Of a stretch of 32,000 nt of DNA, positions 23,742 to 32,000 are shown one piece after another (position 1 is the first letter of the stretch; each line of letters begins with the position of its first letter). The notes under the pieces were generated by a model. The model searched no databases. It was not told the DNA's origin and was given only the letters and a program-made list of their open reading frames with translations. The translations under genes and the position numbers were made by a program. This stretch comes from Erysipelotrichaceae bacterium. GTDB lineage: Bacteria > Bacillota_I > Bacilli_A > Erysipelotrichales > Coprobacillaceae. The stretch spans positions 90,001 to 122,000 of the forward strand of contig JAQVDW010000003.1 of NCBI GenBank assembly GCA_028698185.1. The letters are read 5' to 3'.

Positions 23742-24530
23742 ATGAATGTTCTGGTAGCTTGTTCTAATCCAATCAGAATAAAAGACGAATATTTTATTGA
23801 AAGTCTGGGATTTATTCTTGGGGATAAGGTAGTTGTCAGCGAATATCTTGGCAGTGATGATGCCAGGGCCAAAGCGGCGGAGTTGAATCATTATTTTGAA
23901 ATAAATGCTGCCAATATATTTGATATTAGCGGCGGCGACTTGGCCAACGGCGTTTTGGATTATCTTGATTATCATGTCATCACAAAATCTAAAAGCATAT
24001 TTTATGGCTATAGCGATCTGACCACAGTGCTCAATGCAATCTACTCCCAGACAAAAAAGCAATCATGGTATTATCAGTTGCGGTTTTGTAGCTATTATCC
24101 TGAAATACTTGAAAATATCCTGAACCATGACGATCATCTGGAATATGAATTCGTCCAGGGTGAAAAAATGGCCGGAATTGCCATTGGCGGCAATATCCGC
24201 TGCTTTTTGAAGTTGGCGGGAACCAGATATATGCCGGATTTTACAGGCCATATCCTGTTTATGGAGGCCTACAGCAGCAATAAATATCAGGTAATCTCTA
24301 TGATCAACCAGCTGGCCCAAATGGGTGCATTTGACAAGGTCGAGGGATTGATTTTGGGAACTTTCACCAAACTTGACCAGAGCGGTGACCGTGATTTTTT
24401 GGTTACCAAGATAAGGGAGTTTTGTTCAAAACCGATCGCGACCACCCAAGATATTGGCCACCATCAATGGTCGAAAGGCTTTGCGGTTGGCCGGTATTAT
24501 CAATTTGATAACAATTCTATTCGGGATTAG
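23742..24530 (+). CDS. LD-carboxypeptidase-like S66 peptidase (short form)
   Basis: GGDLANGVLDYLDY, FYGYSDLTTV (nucleophile Ser), LFMEAYS (Glu) and DIGHH (His). GAGGGTGA RBS. Confidence 0.65.
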   Translation: MNVLVACSNPIRIKDEYFIESLGFILGDKVVVSEYLGSDDARAKAAELNHYFEINAANIFDISGGDLANGVLDYLDYHVITKSKSIFYGYSDLTTVLNAIYSQTKKQSWYYQLRFCSYYPEILENILNHDDHLEYEFVQGEKMAGIAIGGNIRCFLKLAGTRYMPDFTGHILFMEAYSSNKYQVISMINQLAQMGAFDKVEGLILGTFTKLDQSGDRDFLVTKIREFCSKPIATTQDIGHHQWSKGFAVGRYYQFDNNSIRD

Positions 24531-24590
24531 TATCTTCTAAGGATATTGGTTTTTTGTTTTGGGTGTCAGCTCCAAAATAATTTCCAATAA

Positions 24591-26315
<1,725 letters not shown>

Positions 26316-26336
26316 AATTTCATATTCAAATTCATA

Positions 26337-26368
26337 AAAGTATGGAATATTCTTGCCATACTTTTTTT
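26337..26368 (+). terminator. Intrinsic terminator after pyrG
   Basis: AAAGTATGG/CCATACTTT stem, 10-nt loop, T-run. Confidence 0.8.
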
Positions 26369-26412
26369 AAATTCATATTTATGGTAGAATGAGTAGGGTA
26401 GGGGTGAGTGAA

Positions 26413-26895
26413 ATGTACCGTATAGGACAGTCAATTGATATCCACCAGTTAGTACCGGGACGTGATCTTGTTTTGGGGGGCGTCCATATTGAAAATGATT
26501 TGGGATTGCTGGGTCACAGCGATGCCGATGTGCTGTTGCACGCCATAATCGAAAGCATAATCGGTGCCTTGGGATTGGGCGATATCGGCAAGCACTTCAG
26601 CGACCAGGACCCGCAGTACAAAGGGATTTCTTCGTTGGTCCTGCTGGAGCACTGTTACAGGCTGATGGATGAAAACGGGTACGAGATAAGCAATCTTGAC
26701 AGCATCATAATAATCGAGAAGCCCAAAATGGCGCCTCATATAGATCGTATGCGCAGCAATGTCGCCAAATATTTGCACTGCGAACTGAATGCCGTCAATA
26801 TCAAAGCAACCCGAGGCGAGAAGATGGGATTTGTCGGTCACGGTGAAGGCGCCGTTGCCCAAGCTGTAGTTTTGTTGAAGAGAAAGGATAAGTAA
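26413..26895 (+). CDS. ispF: 2-C-methyl-D-erythritol 2,4-cyclodiphosphate synthase
   Basis: [33 protein letters not shown] and [14 protein letters not shown] 26413 with GGGGTG RBS. A TGgTAGAAT extended -10 lies at 26382-26390. Confidence 0.92.
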   Translation: MYRIGQSIDIHQLVPGRDLVLGGVHIENDLGLLGHSDADVLLHAIIESIIGALGLGDIGKHFSDQDPQYKGISSLVLLEHCYRLMDENGYEISNLDSIIIIEKPKMAPHIDRMRSNVAKYLHCELNAVNIKATRGEKMGFVGHGEGAVAQAVVLLKRKDK

Positions 26896-28328
26896 TGGAA
26901 AGAGTCAGAGTAAGATATGCCCCAAGTCCAACGGGACATTTACATATTGGAGGTGCGCGTACCGCACTGTTTAACTATTTGTTTGCGAAACATCATGGCG
27001 GAGATTTCATTTTCCGTCTTGAAGATACGGATGTTGCCAGAAACATCGAAGGTGGCGAAGCGAGCCAGTTGAAAAACCTGGAATGGTTGGGGATCATTCC
27101 CGATGAATCGCCTTTGAAACCGGTAGAAAAGTATGCGCCATATCGCCAGATGGAAAGATTGGATATCTATAAGAAGTATATCGATATCCTGCTTGAAAAG
27201 GGATATGCATATAAATGTTTCTGCACGCCTGAAGAACTTGAAGAAGAACACGAGCGCCAGGTTGCCAGCGGGGTTGCGCCGATGTACAACCGCAAGTGTG
27301 CCAATCTGACTGCACAGCAGGTCAAAGCCAATGAGGATGCCGGTATGCCTTACACCATCAGGGTAAGAGTTCCGGAAAACAAGGTTTACGAATTCGAAGA
27401 CATGATCCGCTCTAAAGTCAGCTTCGAATCAAAAGATATCGGGGACTGGGTAATTCAAAAAGCCAACGGAATCCCGACTTACAACTTTGCGGTGGTTATC
27501 GATGACCACACGATGGAAATAACCCATGTTTTCAGAGGTGAAGAACATCTTTCCAACACCCCAAAACAGATAATGATTTTTGAAATGTTGGGGTGGGAAG
27601 CTCCTAAATACGGTCATATGACATTGATTGTCAATGAAAACCGTAAAAAATTGTCTAAACGCGACGAAACAATCATGCAATTCGTTTCCCAATACAAGGA
27701 AGAAGGATATCTTCCGGATGCCATGTTCAACTTCATGGCGCTGCTGGGGTGGTCACCTGAAGGTGAACAAGAGATTTTCACCAAAGATGAATTGATCGCC
27801 GCTTTCGATGAAAATAGATTATCAAAATCACCTTCGATGTTCGACAAAGAAAAACTGATCTGGGTCAACAACCGCTACATAAAGGAAAGAAGTCTTGGGG
27901 AAGTTGTCGCTTTATGTCAACCGTTCCTGGAGGAAGCATATGATCTATCCGACAAATCACAGGAATGGATTGAAATGCTGGTAAGTGTATATCATGATCA
28001 ATTGTCTTACGGCAAGGAAATTGTGAAACTTACATCTTTATTCTTCAATGATGATTTGCAGTTGGATGACGAAGCTCGCGAATTCATGCAAGATGAGTCA
28101 ATCCCCAATACATTGGATGTATTTAGCAACCAGATTGCCGCGATTGAAGACTTCAACAGAGAAAATGTTCAAGCCGCAATCAAGGCCACTCAAAAAGAGG
28201 CAAAAGTTAAAGGCAAAATGCTGTTCATGCCTTTGCGTATTGCAACAACTGGAATTATGCATGGTCCGGATTTGGCAAGCTCGATCGTTCTGATCGGGAA
28301 AGAAAAGGTGCTGGACCGTTTGAAGTAA
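26895..28328 (+). CDS. gltX: Glutamate--tRNA ligase
   Basis: [17 protein letters not shown] (HIGH motif) and KLSKR. TAATG overlap with ispF. Confidence 0.95.
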   Translation: MERVRVRYAPSPTGHLHIGGARTALFNYLFAKHHGGDFIFRLEDTDVARNIEGGEASQLKNLEWLGIIPDESPLKPVEKYAPYRQMERLDIYKKYIDILLEKGYAYKCFCTPEELEEEHERQVASGVAPMYNRKCANLTAQQVKANEDAGMPYTIRVRVPENKVYEFEDMIRSKVSFESKDIGDWVIQKANGIPTYNFAVVIDDHTMEITHVFRGEEHLSNTPKQIMIFEMLGWEAPKYGHMTLIVNENRKKLSKRDETIMQFVSQYKEEGYLPDAMFNFMALLGWSPEGEQEIFTKDELIAAFDENRLSKSPSMFDKEKLIWVNNRYIKERSLGEVVALCQPFLEEAYDLSDKSQEWIEMLVSVYHDQLSYGKEIVKLTSLFFNDDLQLDDEAREFMQDESIPNTLDVFSNQIAAIEDFNRENVQAAIKATQKEAKVKGKMLFMPLRIATTGIMHGPDLASSIVLIGKEKVLDRLK

Positions 28329-28386
28329 AAAGGAAAGTATGATTGCTTTTCTTTTTTAGCAGGGTGATTTTGAAAGGAGCCGAGTG

Positions 28387-29202
28387 ATGAAAAACAGGAT
28401 AATTGCTGCAGTTATTGCTTTTTTTGTGATTGTTTCGGCTACCTTGGTTGTCCTGGCATTCAGCCTTGATCCGATTAGCCTGAAAAAGGAGACCTTTGTC
28501 TTCCAATATGGAGAGGCCATTCCTCAGGAAGTCTACGAGTATGCGAATGGGTCGAGCGAGGTACTCGACCTTTCAACTTTGGATCTGACTCAGGTGAAGG
28601 CCGATATCGGGTCCTATCCGGCGAGCTTGACTTACTACAACAAGACATATGACTTTACCATCAAGATTGTGGATACGACTCATCCTGTGGCTGTCTTGAA
28701 GCAGGTCCAAGTCAATATCGAACCGCATGATACCCTGACTGCCAGTGACCTGGTCGAAGTCACCGACAATTCAAGTTTTGTGGCCTACTTCATCCTGGAA
28801 GACGGGGCCACCAGTGAGACCCAGACCTTCAATGAAATCGGGTCTTACGTTGAAAACATTGTCGTTATCGACGCTTCCCAGAATGAATCGGCCAAGTTGC
28901 GGATCAAGATTGTCGTCCGTTACAATAATGATATTCCGACCTTGACAGGAGTCGAGGATTTGGAAATCTATCTTGGCAAGGATTTTGACCCTTATCTTGG
29001 GGTGAAGGCGACTGACGGCAAGGGCAATGATATCACCGGCAATATCGTGATTTTGAAAAATGATGTGGATACCCAAAGCATAGGTGTCTACACTGTAATC
29101 TACAAGATAACCAATGAACAAGGAAATACAATCCAGGTAAACCGTAAGGTCACTGTGATTGAAAACCCTGGGGTGTTGGATTCGCTGGATAATCGAACCT
29201 GA
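28387..29202 (+). CDS. Membrane-anchored surface protein with Ig-like (DUF5011-type) modules, no catalytic domain
   Basis: N-terminal TM anchor. The last module, IPTLTGVEDLEIYLGKDFDPYLGVKATDGKGNDITG...GVYTVIYKITNEQGNTIQVNRKVTVIE, resembles the repeats in the 13722-15128 protein. Confidence 0.65.
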   Translation: MKNRIIAAVIAFFVIVSATLVVLAFSLDPISLKKETFVFQYGEAIPQEVYEYANGSSEVLDLSTLDLTQVKADIGSYPASLTYYNKTYDFTIKIVDTTHPVAVLKQVQVNIEPHDTLTASDLVEVTDNSSFVAYFILEDGATSETQTFNEIGSYVENIVVIDASQNESAKLRIKIVVRYNNDIPTLTGVEDLEIYLGKDFDPYLGVKATDGKGNDITGNIVILKNDVDTQSIGVYTVIYKITNEQGNTIQVNRKVTVIENPGVLDSLDNRT

Positions 29203-29203
29203 C

Positions 29204-29254
29204 AAAAAAAAGACGGACTGATGAATAAATCTTCATCAATTCGTCTCTTTTTTT
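29204..29254. terminator. Bidirectional terminator between convergent genes
   Basis: A8 run, AGACG...CGTCT outer stem, GATGAA/TTCATC inner stem, then a T-run. The asnB stop codon lies within the T-run. Confidence 0.75.
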
Positions 29255-30839
29255 ATAGTCCGGAATCTCCGTAGTTTTTAAGAACGCGGGCACTTGGATC
29301 GTCAACATCACAGTTTTCCCATTCCTTGTTGGGCATCCAGAAATCTTTGATCCATAAGTCTTTGCCTGGATAATAAGATTCGAAGATATCACGGTACAGA
29401 AGGGATTCTTTTGTGAATGGTGTGTGGGTTGGATATTTCACACTTGCATTCTTCAAGTCCTCATCACTGTAGTGTTCTTGTGCGTATTCTTTAAGGTAAT
29501 CCACCATCGAGTGTCCAACTGCATCGGAGAATGCCGCCTTTTCCCTGAAAAGAATCTCATCAGGAAGATAACCGGTACCTTCGAATGCGTGGCGCAGCAG
29601 ATATTTACCTTTGTTGTAGGTGTTCATTTTCTTGGCAGGATCGATGCTCATGGCATATTCAACAAAGAACTTGTCTCCAAAAGGAACGCGGCCTTCCAGG
29701 GAGTTTGCCGAAATGCAGCGGTCGGCACGAAGCACGTCATACATGTAAAGTTCGCGAATTCTTTTCGCGGACTCTTCCTGGAACGCTTGAGGAGTCGGAG
29801 CGAAATCGGTATATTTGTACCCGAAGATTTCGTCGCTTACCTCTCCTGTCAGGATTACCTTGATGTCAGTGTTTTGCCGGATGTAACGGCAAAGAATGAA
29901 CATCGCCATGCTGGCGCGGATGGTTGTAATATCGTAAGTTTCCAGGTTGTAGATTACTTCCCGCAAGTTGTCCAGCACATCATCTTTGGTCATGATGACT
30001 TCGGTATGGTCTGTTTTCAAAAAGTCGGCAACCTGTTTGGCGTATTTCAAGTCAATCGGATCTGTTTCCATCCCGATTGCGAATGTTCTGATTGGCTTGT
30101 CGGCAAGTCTTTGACCGATTGCACAAACCAAAGAAGAGTCCAATCCACCAGAAAGAAGATAACCGATAGGCGCATCGGATTGCAATCTCTTTTCAACGCT
30201 GACTTCCAATTTCTCTCTAAGTTTGTTTGCGATAGTCGGAATGTCATCTTGAACAAAGTAATCAACAGTGCTCAGGTCATGATATTGAGTGAACTTGCCG
30301 TCTTCATAATAGTGGCCTGGAGGGAATGGATATATTTCATCGCAATATTCCATTAATGCCTTTGCTTCTGAAGCGAAACAAATTTCTTTAGTGACTTTCT
30401 CGTAACCATAAAACATCGCCCGAATTCCCATTGGATCGCGGGCTGCCATCAATTTATTGTTGTTTTCATCTTTGATAACCAAAGCGAACTCGCCATCCAG
30501 CGATTTGACTAGAATTTCGATTCCGTATTTCAGATATCCGGGAATTATGACCTCGCAGTCACTTCCGGAATTAAAGTGATAACTGCTCTCAAGATTATTT
30601 TTTAGTTCAAGGTAATTATAGATCTCACCATTACATACCATAGTACAATTATTGTATTCGAATGGTTGATTCCCATGATCGCTTAAGTCCATGATAGATA
30701 GACGATTGAAACCATAGGCGATACCTTTTTTTATAACTAATTCTTGATCATCAGGCCCGCGATAGCTTGCAGCATCTAAGGCTTTTTGGAGTCTTTGTTT
30801 GTTCATGTCTTCACTTTGAACAACTAGTATTCCACACAT
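29253..30839 (-). CDS. asnB: Asparagine synthase (glutamine-hydrolysing)
   Basis: Ntn amidotransferase requires Met-Cys, so the start is at MCGILVV (ATG 30839, AGGGTGA RBS) rather than the track's GTG 30848. PP-loop LLSGGLDSS. Confidence 0.93.
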   Translation of the reverse strand: MCGILVVQSEDMNKQRLQKALDAASYRGPDDQELVIKKGIAYGFNRLSIMDLSDHGNQPFEYNNCTMVCNGEIYNYLELKNNLESSYHFNSGSDCEVIIPGYLKYGIEILVKSLDGEFALVIKDENNNKLMAARDPMGIRAMFYGYEKVTKEICFASEAKALMEYCDEIYPFPPGHYYEDGKFTQYHDLSTVDYFVQDDIPTIANKLREKLEVSVEKRLQSDAPIGYLLSGGLDSSLVCAIGQRLADKPIRTFAIGMETDPIDLKYAKQVADFLKTDHTEVIMTKDDVLDNLREVIYNLETYDITTIRASMAMFILCRYIRQNTDIKVILTGEVSDEIFGYKYTDFAPTPQAFQEESAKRIRELYMYDVLRADRCISANSLEGRVPFGDKFFVEYAMSIDPAKKMNTYNKGKYLLRHAFEGTGYLPDEILFREKAAFSDAVGHSMVDYLKEYAQEHYSDEDLKNASVKYPTHTPFTKESLLYRDIFESYYPGKDLWIKDFWMPNKEWENCDVDDPSARVLKNYGDSGL

Positions 30840-30864
30840 ATTTATCACCCTTTCGTTTTATATT

Positions 30865-30877
30865 GTATACAGTATAC
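30865..30877. promoter_or_regulatory. GTATAC-A-GTATAC palindrome in the asnB 5' region
   Basis: 13-bp near-perfect dyad lying 26-38 nt upstream of the asnB start codon. Overlaps -10-like TATACT/TACAAT hexamers on the minus strand. Confidence 0.3.
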
Positions 30878-31052
30878 CGAATTGAAAATCTAAATGCAAT
30901 TGTTTTCACGGAATATTGAGAAAAATTTGGCCAATTCATAAAAAGCACGCATATCATCATGGTAGTGGCACAATATTTACCAGTGAGACAAAACCGGAAC
31001 CATATTGATACCAAAATACCGTAAAAACATGCTACGATATTAGTGTCTTTTA

Positions 31053-31081
31053 TTGACAACGATTTCTACTTTAGGTACTAT
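31053..31081 (+). promoter_or_regulatory. Candidate promoter of the last HAD gene
   Basis: TTGACA (31053-31058), 17-nt spacer, TACTAT (31076-31081). Confidence 0.5.
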
Positions 31082-31106
31082 TGAAACAAAGAAAAGGAGC
31101 GCTATA

Positions 31107-31922
31107 ATGAAATATAAATTGATTGCTTTGGATTTGGATGGTACCCTTACAGACTCAAATAAGTTAGTTTTACCCAAGACGGCAGCCATACTCAAAAGGC
31201 TTGCCCAAAAAGGAGTAATTATCACACTTGCATCAGGTCGACCTACTCCAGGGATGCATTATGTAGCGGACACTGTCGAACTTGAAAAAGGCGGCTATGT
31301 TCTTTCCTTTAACGGGGCCAAAATTATCAATTGGCGGACTAAAGAAGTAGTATATCAAAAGACGTATGACAAAAGCATCGGTCATCAGGTTATCGATCGG
31401 GCTAGAGAGTACAATCTATGTTCAATCAGCTACAGTGATGAAGCTATATTGACTCAGACCCCTGAAGATGAATACACGATTGAAGAGGGACGGATCAACA
31501 ACATGGAACTCTTGAAAGTATCCGATATCAAAACGGTCCTTGATGACAACGTCGACAAGCTGTTGCTAACTGGCGATGGTGATTATCTGGCGAAGATAGT
31601 CGATGAGTTCAAACAGCCGTTTGAAGGTCAGCTGGCGATCTATCGTTCGCAGCCATTCTTCATTGAAGTCATGGCGGAGGGCATCGACAAAGCCCAATCG
31701 CTTGACAGCCTGATCAAGGAATTGAACATCAAACAGGAAGAAGTCATCGCTTTTGGCGATGGATATAATGACCTTTCGATGATCGAATTTGCGGGATTAG
31801 GAGTGGCAATGGAAAATGCCTGTGATGAAGTTAAACAAAAGGCGGACACGATTACCCTGAGCAATGACGAGGACGGAATCGCCCATATTCTCGAGCATCT
31901 CGAATTGAACGGAGCATTCTAA
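31107..31922 (+). CDS. Cof-type HAD-IIB phosphatase
   Basis: LIALDLDGTLT, ASGRP and AFGDGYNDLSM. ATG 31107 with AAGGAG RBS is preferred over the track start at 31053. Confidence 0.85.
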   Translation: MKYKLIALDLDGTLTDSNKLVLPKTAAILKRLAQKGVIITLASGRPTPGMHYVADTVELEKGGYVLSFNGAKIINWRTKEVVYQKTYDKSIGHQVIDRAREYNLCSISYSDEAILTQTPEDEYTIEEGRINNMELLKVSDIKTVLDDNVDKLLLTGDGDYLAKIVDEFKQPFEGQLAIYRSQPFFIEVMAEGIDKAQSLDSLIKELNIKQEEVIAFGDGYNDLSMIEFAGLGVAMENACDEVKQKADTITLSNDEDGIAHILEHLELNGAF

Positions 31923-31930
31923 GAAAAATC

Positions 31931-31954
31931 AGGGAATAAATTTCCCTTTTTTTC
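31931..31954 (+). terminator. Intrinsic terminator after the HAD gene
   Basis: AGGGAA/TTCCCT stem, 5-nt loop, T7. Confidence 0.65.
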
Positions 31955-32000
31955 TTAGAATTTTAGTGATATACTACTATTACTAGGAGGAATTTAGCAA

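Noticed and set aside
23412-24062. 216-aa minus-strand ORF spanning the DUF4956 3' end, a terminator and the LD-carboxypeptidase 5' end
   Set aside because: It crosses a strong intrinsic terminator and an intergenic region. The plus-strand genes on both sides have family motifs and this ORF has none.
29424-30356. 310-aa plus-strand ORF antisense to asnB
   Set aside because: asnB on the minus strand is unambiguous (MCGI start, SGGLDSS PP-loop). The antisense frame has no motifs.

Overview
Mostly core chromosome from a low-GC Gram-positive (Bacillota-type) organism. It uses the standard code: TGA serves as a stop codon for cysS, the kinase and the first HAD gene. I call 33 CDS, 32 on the + strand and only asnB on the - strand. 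In order: ppaC (5' partial), rqcP, an EamA transporter, divIC, a HAD-ung-folC operon, glgC-glgD-glgA, lipoprotein-cysS-mrnC-rlmB, a divergent sigH-like sigma, rpmG (below the ORF-track cutoff, found by eye), secE, nusG, a modular NlpC/P60 hydrolase, a HAD, adhE, a five-gene accessory block, an LD-carboxypeptidase-like gene, pyrG, ispF-gltX, an Ig-repeat surface protein, asnB, and a HAD. I found no tRNA, rRNA, CRISPR, IS or phage features. The accessory block (19.25-23.64 kb) is the only candidate for an undescribed system. It holds a DUF4405-like membrane protein with an acidic tail and a CxxCx3Cx6C motif, an OmpR-type regulator, a sensor kinase, and a translationally coupled VTC (polyphosphate-polymerase-like tunnel domain) plus DUF4956 membrane protein pair. 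A 27-nt element (21/27 identical, with internal 11-bp direct repeats) sits at similar distances upstream of both the regulator gene and the VTC gene, which suggests one regulon. Other regulatory calls readable from the sequence are a pyrG reiterative-transcription attenuator (GGGC start plus pyrimidine-rich terminator arm), cre sites at adhE and in the glg leader that satisfy every specified consensus position, a Rex-like box abutting the adhE -35, and a perfect 9-bp inverted repeat abutting the SD of the sigH-like gene. All family assignments come from motif recognition by eye and from memory. No searches were run.
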